Part shown: positions 40,723-50,698 of the stretch, in pieces
Numbering within the stretch: position 1 is the first letter of the stretch
Layout of the letters: each line of letters opens with the position of its first letter
From: Candidatus Multivorans sp.
GTDB taxonomy: Bacteria; Acidobacteriota; Thermoanaerobaculia; Multivoradales; Multivoraceae
Reading direction: 5' to 3'
Length of the DNA: 64,000 nt
Assembly (NCBI GenBank): GCA_965247095.1
Contig: OZ251997.1
Span: 3,840,001 to 3,904,000 of the forward strand
Program-made: the position numbers and the translations under genes
Notes under the pieces: model-generated
What the model saw: the letters and a program-made list of their open reading frames with translations, nothing else
Told to the model about the DNA's origin: nothing
Database searches by the model: none

Positions 40723-41337
40723 TCACTGTGCTCCCGGGCCCCGGACCTCTCGCTGGAACGAGCGGAAGGGCCTGGTCTGGGCCCAAGCCGTGTGGACCCG
40801 GTCCGGTATCAGGCCAAGACGGGTTCGCGACCGCAGTTCGGCGCGCACCCTCAGGACGAATCGTCCCGTCCCGTCGTCCTCGATCTCGATCGGCGGCAGC
40901 TTCTCAAAGACCGTCATGGCTCGCTCCAGGTCGGCGGTCGACGTCACCACCCGGCTCGCGTAGAGGTCGCCGTCGCGCTTGAAGTTGACCAGGTACTCGC
41001 GCGTGAGCGCGTTGTACATCGCCACCACCTGCAGCCGGGTCGCGCCGACTCGCTTGTCGAACCAGCGGCGACGCAGTCTCTGGACCTCGATGTCGTACGT
41101 GAAGCCGGTTGGCAGACCGCTCTCGATCCTCTCCCAGGTCCGTTCGTCCAGGGCGCGGTCGAGGCGGAAGCTGATCAGCATCCCGGCGCCGTCGCGAACG
41201 ACGGACAGAGCGGCGATGCCTGCTTTGCGGGTTCGGGCGGAACCCTCTCGTGGGGGCTGGGCCGCGAGTACGTCGGCGCCCAGGACACTCGACAGGCTGA
41301 GCGCGCAGACCAGCCGCCCCGCCCACGGGACTTTCAT
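40723..41337 (-). CDS. DUF4390-like exported protein
   Basis: Signal peptide; IESGLPTGFTYDIEV...YNALTREY; usual position upstream of ntrY. Confidence 0.7.
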   Translation of the reverse strand: MKVPWAGRLVCALSLSSVLGADVLAAQPPREGSARTRKAGIAALSVVRDGAGMLISFRLDRALDERTWERIESGLPTGFTYDIEVQRLRRRWFDKRVGATRLQVVAMYNALTREYLVNFKRDGDLYASRVVTSTADLERAMTVFEKLPPIEIEDDGTGRFVLRVRAELRSRTRLGLIPDRVHTAWAQTRPFRSFQREVRGPGAQ

Positions 41338-41392
41338 GCAGGCGATACTACCAGTCCGGCCGGCCGGAAGGCCGGCGCACCCACTGGCGGCG

Positions 41393-42397
41393 CTACTGCG
41401 GCTGACTCGCCAGGAGCTGCGCCCAGTCCGAAGGCTGCTTCGGATCGAGGGGGAGGTCCACCCGCGGCGGAAGCTCCTCGCCGACCATCCAGGTCCAGCA
41501 CTGCGGATTGGCGACCAGCTCCTTGAGCAGGTCGTAGTGGAGTTGGTGGCCGCCGCGCAGAATCTCGAAGTGGCCCCAGATCGGCGCGCCGAGCAGGGCG
41601 AAGTCGCCGACCGCGTCGAGCGCCTTGTGACGAACCGGTTCGTCCGCGAAGCGGAGGTCGGTGTTCACGGCCCCTTGCTCGTCGAACACGATGCAGTTGT
41701 CGACCGAGCCGCCGAGACCGAGTCCGGCGCGCTGCATCTGTTCGACATCCATCTGGCGGCAGAACGTTCGCGCCGGCGCCAGGTCGCGCTCGAAGCTGCG
41801 TTGGTCGACTTCCATCTGCAACCGCTGCCGCCCGACGGAACAGCCCGGGAAATCGATCGTGTAGTCGAGGCGCAGACCCGGATAGGGCGAAGCGCGCAGC
41901 CACTTGTCGCCGCGCTTGAACTCGAGCACCGAACTCATCGCCATGATCCGCCGGTCGGCGTTCTGCCGGCGAATCCCGGCCGCCTGCAGCAGCCGCAGGT
42001 AGGGCATCGCCGAACCGTCCAGAATAGGCACTTCGGGGCCGTCCAGTTCCACGACGAGGTTGTCGATGCCGAGGGCGTAGACGGCGGCGAGCAGATGCTC
42101 CACCGTGGAGACGGTGATGTCGTCGCGGCCGAGCGTCGTGGCCAGCTCGAGGGAACTGACGTCCTTGAGGTCGGCCCGGACCTCGACGTTGCCGGCATCG
42201 GTGCGGCGGAACCGGATGCCGCTTCCCGCCGGCGCCGGCAGGATCCGCAGATTCGTTTCGCTGCCGGTGTGGATGCCGACGCCCGAGATGGCGGCGGGCC
42301 GGCGGATCGTCTGCTGCCGGAAGAGCCGGTCGCGGGTGCTGTCGGAGCGGGAGGGACGGCTTCGGTCCCGGTTCGTTCCATTGGCACGTCTGCCCAT
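41393..42397 (-). CDS. lpxC: UDP-3-O-acyl-GlcNAc deacetylase (start uncertain)
   Basis: QQTI...GVGIHTG, STVEHLLAA, EVPILDGSA, APARTF, RHKALDAVGD. Confidence 0.95.
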   Translation of the reverse strand: MGRRANGTNRDRSRPSRSDSTRDRLFRQQTIRRPAAISGVGIHTGSETNLRILPAPAGSGIRFRRTDAGNVEVRADLKDVSSLELATTLGRDDITVSTVEHLLAAVYALGIDNLVVELDGPEVPILDGSAMPYLRLLQAAGIRRQNADRRIMAMSSVLEFKRGDKWLRASPYPGLRLDYTIDFPGCSVGRQRLQMEVDQRSFERDLAPARTFCRQMDVEQMQRAGLGLGGSVDNCIVFDEQGAVNTDLRFADEPVRHKALDAVGDFALLGAPIWGHFEILRGGHQLHYDLLKELVANPQCWTWMVGEELPPRVDLPLDPKQPSDWAQLLASQPQ

Positions 42398-42411
42398 CGA
42401 CGGGTTGATTG

Positions 42412-42427
42412 AGCACGGATCGTGCCA
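42412..42427 (-). promoter_or_regulatory. Candidate sigma54 (-24/-12) promoter for lpxC
   Basis: TGGCACGATCCGTGCT on the minus strand. Confidence 0.6.
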
Positions 42428-42688
42428 GCCGCTGCCGCGCCGGCGCCGTCCTTTCGAGTTGCCTGTCTCCTCAAGGAGTTCTGCGGTCTTTCTACATGGA
42501 CTTGTTCCCTTTGCGGTCGAGTCTGTCGATTCGACCTGTGGCTTTTAGGCCACACATCTGTGGCGCCTCGACCGCACGGGGCGCCGCCTGCCGCAGGGGT
42601 AGACTCCGGCAAGCCTCGAGCGGCACTCGGTCCCCTGAAGGAAGTCGCGGGCGCCGGCGGCGCTCAGGATGCCGGGGGATGGACACGT

Positions 42689-43222
42689 ATGGCCAAGCGC
42701 ACCAACCGACAGCCCCCGGCCGACGGTCTGCCCCTGGCGGTGAATCGAAAGGCGAGGCGGGAGTACCGGGTGCTGGAGCGCCTCGAGGCGGGTATCGAAC
42801 TTCTGGGCACGGAGGTCAAGTCGATTCGCGGCGGCAAGATCCAGTTGCGGGAGAGCTACGTCGCCTTCCGTGACCACGAAGCCTGGCTGCTGGACGCCCA
42901 CATATCGGCTTACAGTCATGGCAACCGGGAGAACCACGAACTGGAGCGACCGCGCCGGTTGCTTCTGAACCGGCGCGAGATCGACCGTCTGTTCGGGCGC
43001 ACCCGCGACCGGGGCTTGACGGTCGTGCCGCTCTCCGTTTACCTGAAGGGGAACCGGATCAAGGTCGAGCTGGCTTTGGCCGAGGGCAGGAAGTTGTACG
43101 ACAAACGCCAGCAGGAGCGCGAGAGGACCCTCGATCGGGAGGCCGGCGAGGTGTTCCGGGGCCGCCGCCGGATGCGCACGGGCCCTTCCGAGCACGGGGC
43201 GCACGGGGCGCCCGGCCCGTGA
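42689..43222 (+). CDS. smpB: SsrA-binding protein
   Basis: NRKARREY...[15 protein letters not shown]...NHE..R.RRLLL...GRKLYDKR. Confidence 0.95.
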   Translation: MAKRTNRQPPADGLPLAVNRKARREYRVLERLEAGIELLGTEVKSIRGGKIQLRESYVAFRDHEAWLLDAHISAYSHGNRENHELERPRRLLLNRREIDRLFGRTRDRGLTVVPLSVYLKGNRIKVELALAEGRKLYDKRQQERERTLDREAGEVFRGRRRMRTGPSEHGAHGAPGP

Positions 43223-46065
43223 GCGGGAAGAAGATCGTCGTTCGGGGCGCGCGCGAGCACAACCTGAAGAACATCACGGTCGAGATTCCGCGCGAGCAGT
43301 TGGTCGTGGTCACGGGCGTGTCGGGTTCCGGCAAGTCCTCTCTCGCCTTCGACACCCTGTTCGCCGAAGGACAGCGCCGCTACGTCGAGTCGCTCTCGGC
43401 TTACGCCCGCCAGTTCCTGCACCAGGTCGAGAAGCCGGATGTCGACTCGATCGAGGGGCTTTCGCCCGCCATCTCGATCGAGCAGAAGTCGGTGTCCCGC
43501 AACCCCAGGTCGACGGTCGGTACCGTGACCGAGATCCACGACTACCTGCGTCTGCTCTACGCCTCGATCGGTGTACCCCACTGCCCGGAGTGCGGCAAGG
43601 TGATCCGTCCTCAGACCGTGCAGCAGATGGTGGACCGGGTGGCCGAGATGCCGGAGGGTACGCGCCTGCTGCTTCTCGCCCCGTACGTCCGGGGCAAGAA
43701 GGGCGAGTACCGCCGCCAGCTCGAGCAGATGGTCCGCGAGGGCTTTCTGCGCGCCCGCATCGACGGCGAGCTCGTCGAACTCTCGGGTGATCTGCCGGTA
43801 CTGGACAAGAACCGGAAGCACACGATCGAGATCGTGGTCGACCGGCTGGTCGTGCGGCCGGGCATTGAGCAGCGTCTGGCGGGGTCGTTCGAGACCGCGC
43901 TCGAAGTAGGCCGGGGACTGCTCGTCGTGGCGCCTCAGGGGCTTCCCGAGGAGACCATGTCGCAGCACCACGCCTGCGCGGACTGCGGCACCAGTCTGGC
44001 CGAGATCTCGCCGCGGCTGTTCTCGTTCAACAGCCCCTATGGCGCGTGTCCTTCGTGCAGCGGGCTGGGTTCTTCGATGGCTGTGGACGAACAGCGCATC
44101 CTGGACGACCCGCGGCGCTCGATTAAGGGAGGGGTGCTTCGCCCCTTCCCGTCTACCTCCCGCTCGTGGCGTCTGCGGATGCTCAGGACGGTCGCGGCCG
44201 AGTTCGGCTTCGACCTTGGGACCCCGTGGTGCGAGTTGTCCGAACAAGCCCGCCAGATCGTCCTCTACGGGTCCGGCAGCCGCGAGATCGGGTTCGAAGT
44301 CAAGGGGAAGCGGTCGTCCTACCGCTGGCGCGGGCGCTACGAGGGAGTCGTTCCGATGCTCAGGCGGCGACACTCCGAGACGGATTCGCCCGGTGTTCGC
44401 GCCGAGATCGAGAAGTACATGTCGGTAAGCACCTGCGGCGACTGCAACGGTCGCCGCCTGCGCCCCGAGGCCCTGGCGGTGCAGGTCGGCGGTCTGCCGA
44501 TCGACGAGGTGACCTCGATGCCGATCGGCGATCTGCGACGGGTCATAGGCGCCCTGCGGCTGACCGGGAAGGAGCGGCAGATAGCCGGCAAGATCCTCCA
44601 GGAGGTCGAGGATCGACTGTCCTTCCTCGGGGATGTGGGCCTGGGCTACCTCAACCTGGATCGGGCCTCGGGCACGCTGTCCGGCGGCGAGAGCCAACGC
44701 ATCCGTCTCGCGACCCAGATCGGCAGCAAACTCCAGGGGGTGCTCTACGTGCTGGACGAGCCCTCGATCGGTCTGCACCAGCGCGACAACGCGAAGCTGC
44801 TGCGAACGCTCAAGGAGATGCGGGACCTCGGCAACTCGGTGCTGCTGGTCGAACACGACGAGGAGACGATTCGCGAGGCCGACTGGATTGTCGACCTGGG
44901 GCCGCGGGCCGGCGAACACGGCGGCGAGGTGGTGGCGGAAGGGTCGGTGGCCCAGGTCGAGAAGGCGAAGGGCTCGCTCACCGCCTCCTACCTGCGCGGC
45001 GAGTCGGAGGTCCCGGTGCCGGCTACGCGGCGACGGGGCAACGGGAGTTGGCTCGGCATCCGCGGCGCGCGCCAGAACAACCTGGACGATCTCGACGTGG
45101 ACCTGCCGCTGGGGTGCTTCGTTCTGGTCACCGGGGTGTCCGGCTCCGGTAAGAGCAGCCTGGTCAACGAGGTCCTGTACAAAACGCTGGCCCGGGCCTT
45201 CTACCGCGCCGCCGCCCCGGCCGGCGATCACGACCGGATCGAGGGACTGGATCATCTCGACAAGGTGATCGCGATCGACCAGAGCCCCATCGGCCGTACG
45301 CCACGCTCGAACCCGGCGACGTACACCAACTTGTTCACGCCGATTCGCACCCTGATGGCGAAGACCACAGAGGCGCGGGCGCGCGGCTACAAACCGGGCC
45401 GGTTCAGCTTCAACGTGAAGGGCGGCCGCTGCGAGGCCTGCGCGGGTGACGGCCAGAACAAGATCGAGATGCACTTCCTGCCGGACGTCTACGTCACCTG
45501 CGACGTCTGCGGCGGGCTGCGCTACGACCGGGAGACCCTTCAGGTCCGTTACAAGGACAAGAACATCGCCGACATCCTGGCGATGAGCGTGGAGAACGCA
45601 CGCGGCTTCTTCGCCAACATCCCGGCCATCGACCGCATCCTCTCGACGCTGGACGAAGTCGGGCTGGGGTACATCCGGCTCGGCCAGCCCGCGACCACGC
45701 TCTCGGGCGGCGAGGCACAGCGCGTGAAGCTGGCGACCGAACTCTCCAAGCGGGCAACCGGACGCAGCCTCTACCTGCTCGACGAGCCCACCACGGGCCT
45801 CCACTTCGACGACGTGCGGCGCCTGGTCGCCCTGCTGCAGCGACTCGTCGACCGGGGCAACACGGTGCTGGTCGTGGAGCACAACCTGGACGTGATCAAG
45901 AACGCGGACTGGATCATCGACCTCGGGCCGGAAGGTGGGGCCGGCGGCGGCAGAGTGGTGGCGGCCGGCACGCCGGAGCAGGTGGCGGCTACACCGGAGA
46001 GTCACACCGGAGAGTTCCTGAGCAAGGTGCTGGCGGCGAGGACGCCGGTGCGAAGGGCATCTTGA
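43219..46065 (+). CDS. uvrA: Excinuclease ABC subunit A
   Basis: [18 protein letters not shown] x2, LSGGE x2, zinc fingers. Confidence 0.98.
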   Translation: MSGKKIVVRGAREHNLKNITVEIPREQLVVVTGVSGSGKSSLAFDTLFAEGQRRYVESLSAYARQFLHQVEKPDVDSIEGLSPAISIEQKSVSRNPRSTVGTVTEIHDYLRLLYASIGVPHCPECGKVIRPQTVQQMVDRVAEMPEGTRLLLLAPYVRGKKGEYRRQLEQMVREGFLRARIDGELVELSGDLPVLDKNRKHTIEIVVDRLVVRPGIEQRLAGSFETALEVGRGLLVVAPQGLPEETMSQHHACADCGTSLAEISPRLFSFNSPYGACPSCSGLGSSMAVDEQRILDDPRRSIKGGVLRPFPSTSRSWRLRMLRTVAAEFGFDLGTPWCELSEQARQIVLYGSGSREIGFEVKGKRSSYRWRGRYEGVVPMLRRRHSETDSPGVRAEIEKYMSVSTCGDCNGRRLRPEALAVQVGGLPIDEVTSMPIGDLRRVIGALRLTGKERQIAGKILQEVEDRLSFLGDVGLGYLNLDRASGTLSGGESQRIRLATQIGSKLQGVLYVLDEPSIGLHQRDNAKLLRTLKEMRDLGNSVLLVEHDEETIREADWIVDLGPRAGEHGGEVVAEGSVAQVEKAKGSLTASYLRGESEVPVPATRRRGNGSWLGIRGARQNNLDDLDVDLPLGCFVLVTGVSGSGKSSLVNEVLYKTLARAFYRAAAPAGDHDRIEGLDHLDKVIAIDQSPIGRTPRSNPATYTNLFTPIRTLMAKTTEARARGYKPGRFSFNVKGGRCEACAGDGQNKIEMHFLPDVYVTCDVCGGLRYDRETLQVRYKDKNIADILAMSVENARGFFANIPAIDRILSTLDEVGLGYIRLGQPATTLSGGEAQRVKLATELSKRATGRSLYLLDEPTTGLHFDDVRRLVALLQRLVDRGNTVLVVEHNLDVIKNADWIIDLGPEGGAGGGRVVAAGTPEQVAATPESHTGEFLSKVLAARTPVRRAS

Positions 46066-46066
46066 A

Positions 46067-47560
46067 GTGGTGATGTCGAGCCCATCCTCGGACCTGGCCG
46101 GGCGCCTGCAGCGCCTGCAGCTCGAGACGCTGTACGACCTGGTGGTGGCGCTCTACTCTCACGAGTCGGAGCAGGGTCTGCTCGACGATCTCCTGCAGAG
46201 GGTGTGTGCGGTGGTCGATCCGGCGGCCGCCGCCGCGGTGACCCGAGACCGTTTCGGTGTCGCCCGTGCCGCTGCGACGGTCGGCTTCGGCAGCCGTCCG
46301 CCGTCCGCCGAGACGCTTCTTGCCGGCCCTCTGTGGCACGACCTGCTGGCTCGGGATGAGACCGTGGCGCGTACCGGCGGCAAGCTGGCGGACCGCGAGT
46401 TCCGGTCGCTGGTGGCGGCGCCGCTCAAGTCGCGCGACTCTCTGCTCGGCTTTGTGGCGGTGCTCGACAAGGAGGCGCGGGGCGCCGGCGAACCAGGGTT
46501 CAGCGACGGAGACCGGCGCTTCCTCAGGTCCGTCGCGGCGTTGGCCGGTGTCGCCGTGGATGGTCTGCGCCAGGTGGAGCGTCTGGTCGTTTCGCGTGAG
46601 CGCCTGGCCGAGGAGAACAAGGTGCTGAAGGAACGCCTGGACGACCTCGCGGAGGTCGGGGGCCAACGGATCGTGGCTTACGCACCGGCCATGCGGCGCA
46701 TCCTGGAGGTCATCGACCGGGTTGCGCCGCGCAGCGTCAGCGTTCTGCTGCGCGGCGAGAGCGGCACCGGCAAGGAACTCATGGCAGCGCTCCTGCACCG
46801 GCGCTCGGAACGCTCGGGACCGCTGGTGGCAGTCAACTGCGCCGCCCTCCCGGAGAGCCTGCTGGAGAGCGAGCTGTTCGGCATCGAGGGCGGCGTGGCG
46901 ACCGGTGTGCGTGCTCGCCTGGGCCGTTTTGAACTGGCCGACGGAGGCACCCTCTTTCTCGACGAGGTGGCCGATCTCGATGTCGCTTCGCAGGTCAAGC
47001 TGCTGCGCGCGCTCCAGGAGCGTGAGATCGTCCGCGTCGGTGGTCAGCAGGCGATCCCGGTCGACACGCGTGTAGTCGCCGCGACCCACCAACCGCTCGA
47101 GCAGCTCGTAGCCGAGGGCCGCTTCCGGGAGGATCTGTACTACCGCCTGAAGGGGATCAGCGTCGAGTTGCCGCCGCTGCGCGAGCGGCGCCGGGACATC
47201 CCGCATCTGGTCCGGTACTTCGCCGAACGGTTCTGCGACCGGGAGGCGGTCGAGCTGCCCCAGTTCGATCGCGGGGCCCTGAACCTGCTCCTGGCGCATG
47301 AATATCCGGGCAACGTCCGGGAGCTTCAGAACATCGTCGAGGGCGCCGCCTCCCTGGCCGACGAAGTCGTCGACGCGTCGTTGATTCAGTCGCTGATCGG
47401 AGGCACTGCTGCGGGCGCCCAGGGGCCCGAGCCGCTCGATCTGGAGACCGTCAAGCGCCGCCATGTGCGGAGGGTGATCGGGTTGACCGGAGGCAACAAG
47501 AGCGCCGCGGCCAAACTGCTGGGTGTGCACCGCCGCACGCTGTCACGCGGTCACTACTGA
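46067..47560 (+). CDS. GAF-domain sigma54 enhancer-binding protein
   Basis: N-terminal GAF; GESGTGKE, ESELFG..GVATGV, FLDEV, YPGNVRELQN, HTH. Confidence 0.88.
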   Translation: MVMSSPSSDLAGRLQRLQLETLYDLVVALYSHESEQGLLDDLLQRVCAVVDPAAAAAVTRDRFGVARAAATVGFGSRPPSAETLLAGPLWHDLLARDETVARTGGKLADREFRSLVAAPLKSRDSLLGFVAVLDKEARGAGEPGFSDGDRRFLRSVAALAGVAVDGLRQVERLVVSRERLAEENKVLKERLDDLAEVGGQRIVAYAPAMRRILEVIDRVAPRSVSVLLRGESGTGKELMAALLHRRSERSGPLVAVNCAALPESLLESELFGIEGGVATGVRARLGRFELADGGTLFLDEVADLDVASQVKLLRALQEREIVRVGGQQAIPVDTRVVAATHQPLEQLVAEGRFREDLYYRLKGISVELPPLRERRRDIPHLVRYFAERFCDREAVELPQFDRGALNLLLAHEYPGNVRELQNIVEGAASLADEVVDASLIQSLIGGTAAGAQGPEPLDLETVKRRHVRRVIGLTGGNKSAAAKLLGVHRRTLSRGHY

Positions 47561-47594
47561 TCCGTCGGCCTCTGGTTGGGCGCACAGCCCGGAA

Positions 47595-47711
47595 GGGGCA
47601 ATTTGTCCCTGTGCGGGGCACAATGCCCCGCAGCCGTATCTGTCTTGACATTGTGGCGGGTTCCGGTTGATTCCAGGGTCGTTTGACGATCCAAGCGGGA
47701 CAAATTGCCGC
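47595..47711. promoter_or_regulatory. Three related palindromes, candidate upstream activator sequences
   Basis: GGGGCAATTTGTCCC (47595), TGCGGGGCACAATGCCCCGCA (47612), GGGACAAATTGCCGC (47697). Confidence 0.55.
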
Positions 47712-47801
47712 GACGTGCGATTTGCGATCGGCTTGGCCCGGTCTCGCGGAAAGGCCCGTCGGGCCTGGAATCCCGGCCATCTGCCCGACGTCGGCCTCCG
47801 C

Positions 47802-47817
47802 TGGCAGCGGACTTGCT
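47802..47817 (+). promoter_or_regulatory. Sigma54 (-24/-12) promoter
   Basis: TGGCAGCGGACTTGCT, GG-N10-GC, upstream of RBS GGGAGG and ATG 47848. Confidence 0.7.
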
Positions 47818-47847
47818 CTTAGGGAAGGGCACCGAAGGGAGGTCGGC

Positions 47848-48069
47848 ATGATGGTAGGGTCGCAGTTCAGTTTTTTGGACCGTGGGGGCGTCGCCGCGCC
47901 GGCGTCGGGGTGGGGGGTTCTTTCAGGGTTCATGCATTGGGCCCTCAGTTCGATTCCGGCCGGTGTGTTCTGGTCTTCTGCGGTCGTCGCGAGTTTCGTA
48001 TGGTTCCTGTTGAACGATCAGCTCCATCCCGCGGTGATCTACTGTCTGAAGCTGTTTCTAACCACTTAG
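47848..48069 (+). CDS. Small hydrophobic protein (73 aa)
   Basis: Strong RBS after the sigma54 promoter; TM-like GVFWSSAVVASFVWFLL. Confidence 0.6.
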   Translation: MMVGSQFSFLDRGGVAAPASGWGVLSGFMHWALSSIPAGVFWSSAVVASFVWFLLNDQLHPAVIYCLKLFLTT

Positions 48070-48109
48070 GATTGCGGTTGCTGCCTCGGCGCCCGTTGCT
48101 TCTTTCTCC

Positions 48110-48553
48110 ATGTCTGAGTTCGGTGTACTCGAAGAGACCCATCTGACGTTCAGGCTCGCGCCTGAAATGGAGCTCCAGGCGCGGGCCAGCGCCTGCGCGG
48201 TGGCGAAGTCCATACGGATGAGCACCGACAAGGTCGAGGAAGTGGGCATGGCTGTGGTCGAGGCTTGCATCAATGCGATCGAACACAGCCGGGCCGTCGA
48301 CGGCCGGTTGCACCTTGAGTTGGCGGTGTTGGGGCCGGCGGAGGCTGACGATCCGCGGGTGTTGCGGATCACGATCCAGGACCAGGGGGTTGGATTCGAT
48401 CCCTCCAAGGTGGTACAACCGAGAATCGAAGACAACCTCACGTCCATCCGGAAGCGCGGATGGGGCTTGAAGATCATCGAGGGCTTGATGGACGAGGTGA
48501 ACGTGCTCTCGGGTGAGGGCGGCACCTCAGTCGTCATGTCGAAGGCGCGCTGA
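48110..48553 (+). CDS. Anti-sigma factor / Ser kinase (RsbW-like)
   Basis: MAVVEACINAIEH, IQDQGVGFD, RGWGLKII..LMDEV. Confidence 0.9.
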   Translation: MSEFGVLEETHLTFRLAPEMELQARASACAVAKSIRMSTDKVEEVGMAVVEACINAIEHSRAVDGRLHLELAVLGPAEADDPRVLRITIQDQGVGFDPSKVVQPRIEDNLTSIRKRGWGLKIIEGLMDEVNVLSGEGGTSVVMSKAR

Positions 48554-48582
48554 CGCATGCGCGAGGGAGTTGGGTTGGGTCC

Positions 48583-48942
48583 ATGACCGAGGGTCTCAAG
48601 TTGGACGTGGAACGCCGCCAGGATCTGGCGGTGATCTACACGGACGGTTACATCAACAACCAGGGGGGCGAGGAGATCGCCGAGGCCGCCTATGTCCTGC
48701 TGGACGACGGCTACAGGTCGCTGCTGCTCAACCTCCAGGGCACGAAGATCGTCAACTCGATCGGCATCTCCATCCTGATCGAGATCATCGAGAAGATGCT
48801 CGACGTGAAGGGGCGCCTGTCGTTCTGCAATCTCACGCCCACGATCGAGAAGACGTTCCACATCATGGGTCTGGCGCAGTACTCGACGATCTACCCGGAC
48901 GAGCAGGCGGCAGTCGCTGAGCTCCAGTCGGGTACGTCCTGA
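48583..48942 (+). CDS. STAS anti-anti-sigma factor (RsbV-like)
   Basis: LLLNL..TKIVNSIGISILI...FHIMGL. Confidence 0.9.
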   Translation: MTEGLKLDVERRQDLAVIYTDGYINNQGGEEIAEAAYVLLDDGYRSLLLNLQGTKIVNSIGISILIEIIEKMLDVKGRLSFCNLTPTIEKTFHIMGLAQYSTIYPDEQAAVAELQSGTS

Positions 48943-48994
48943 CTCTCCGGACAGCCGAGCGGCCCGCGGTGAGACTCCGCCACAAGTCGCCCAA

Positions 48995-50620
48995 GTGTTG
49001 ACGTCCCCGGCAGCGAGTCGCTCCGGGAGTCTCAGCGATCTGTGGCGGCTGGCGGCGACGGCGGATGTCGCGGACTGGGAGAGCGGCGCGGTTCAGACGC
49101 GGTTGGTGAGGCACTGGTGCCAGGCCCATGGCCTCGATGGCGCCCAGATCTACCGCCGGGACGGTGGACCGGTCGCGTCCTGGGGTGTGCTCGGCCAACG
49201 GGAGAGCCGTCTCGAGCACAACCTGGTGCTCTACTGCGCCGGGAACGACGAGGCGGCGGGCAGCGGGGACAGCGCCGGAATGGATGGCGGCAGGACGCCG
49301 GAGGGAAGCGAACTCGCGGGCATCCTGGCTCTGGGTCTGCGGCTGCGCGAGTTGGCGGACGAGCTGAAGGACCGCAAGTTCCACGACAACTACAACGTGG
49401 TCACGTTGCAGGCGGTGTACGACGTGGGGCTGGCGATCGCCTCGACGCTGAACCTGGAGGAACTGACCGAGGAGATCCTGCTCCGCGCCGTGTCCCTGCT
49501 GGACGCCCGTCGCGGCGCCTTCTACCTGCGGGACGGGGAGGGCCGGTTGGCCCTGGCGGGGACGATCGGCGGCGGCGCCCGGGATGTCCTCGATGTACCG
49601 CCGGTCGCCGGTTCGGACGGCGCCGCCCTCGAAGAAGCGGCGGCCGGCGTGATTCCGGCTGCCGAGCACTCTCTCGCCGTGCCGATCGAGGGCGACGGCG
49701 GCATCGGCAAGGTCGGCCTGCTGGTGGTCGCCGACAAGGAGAGCCGAACCGGAATCGGACCGTTCGCGGCCTCCGACCGCAGGGCGCTGTCCCTGTTCGC
49801 GAATCAGGCCGCCATCGCATTGACCAACGCGAACCTCCATCGCCAGGCCCTCGAGAAGGAGCGGCTGGAGCGGGAGGTGGAACTCGCGGCCGAGATTCAG
49901 CGCAACATCCTGCCGTCCGACATGCCGAGCGTCGGGTGCTTCGAGACGGTGGGCTGGAGCCGGCCTTCCCGCCAGGTCGGCGGCGACTACTACGGCTCGC
50001 TTCAGCTCAAGGGTTCGCGCCGGGGAATGGTGGTTGCCGATGTCACCGGCAAGGGCATGCCGGCCGCCCTCCTGGTCTCCACCCTCGACTCGGCGCTCCG
50101 TCTGCTGGTCGACGACTCCCGTCCCGGCAGCGAAGGCGTCGGAGTGGAGACTTCGGCCGAGCTGTTCGAGCGCCTGAACAAGCACATCGTCGAGTCGAGC
50201 GCCAGCAACCGCTTCATCACCCTGATCCTGGTGGAGGTCGATCCTCAGAGCCGCTCCGTGCGCTACGTCAACGCCGGACACAACCCGGGCCTGTTGGTGC
50301 GCCGGAGCGGAGAAGTGACGCCGCTTGGCGCCAGCGGATTGCCGCTGGGCCTGTTACCCGGCTCGACCTACCGGGTCGACGAGGTGGAGATGGCGCCGGG
50401 CGACCTGATCTGTCTCTACAGCGACGGAATCACGGAGTGCGAGTCGGTGGCGGACGAAGAGTACGGGCAGGAGCGGCTGGAGGCGTTCCTGCGGGAGAGG
50501 CGCGACAGGCCTCTGTCCGAGATCGTTCGGGCCATCGACGACGAGGTCAGTCGTTTCGGGGCCGGCCTGCCGCAGGGCGACGACCAGACTGTCGTGCTGA
50601 TCCGCCGTCGGGCCGCCTGA
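48995..50620 (+). CDS. GAF + PP2C/SpoIIE phosphatase (RsbU-like)
   Basis: VGGDYY, VADVTGKGMPAAL, NAGHNP, LYSDGITE, DDQTVV. Confidence 0.92.
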   Translation: MLTSPAASRSGSLSDLWRLAATADVADWESGAVQTRLVRHWCQAHGLDGAQIYRRDGGPVASWGVLGQRESRLEHNLVLYCAGNDEAAGSGDSAGMDGGRTPEGSELAGILALGLRLRELADELKDRKFHDNYNVVTLQAVYDVGLAIASTLNLEELTEEILLRAVSLLDARRGAFYLRDGEGRLALAGTIGGGARDVLDVPPVAGSDGAALEEAAAGVIPAAEHSLAVPIEGDGGIGKVGLLVVADKESRTGIGPFAASDRRALSLFANQAAIALTNANLHRQALEKERLEREVELAAEIQRNILPSDMPSVGCFETVGWSRPSRQVGGDYYGSLQLKGSRRGMVVADVTGKGMPAALLVSTLDSALRLLVDDSRPGSEGVGVETSAELFERLNKHIVESSASNRFITLILVEVDPQSRSVRYVNAGHNPGLLVRRSGEVTPLGASGLPLGLLPGSTYRVDEVEMAPGDLICLYSDGITECESVADEEYGQERLEAFLRERRDRPLSEIVRAIDDEVSRFGAGLPQGDDQTVVLIRRRAA

Positions 50621-50668
50621 TCCGCGGTCAGCGACGCGGAACGGCCTAGGCGGGGCCGATCGACGATC

Positions 50669-50684
50669 CGGCACGGGATTTGCC
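50669..50684 (+). promoter_or_regulatory. Candidate sigma54 promoter for pcm
   Basis: CGGCACGGGATTTGCC (GG-N10-GC). Confidence 0.5.
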
Positions 50685-50698
50685 TATCATAGGGAGTT

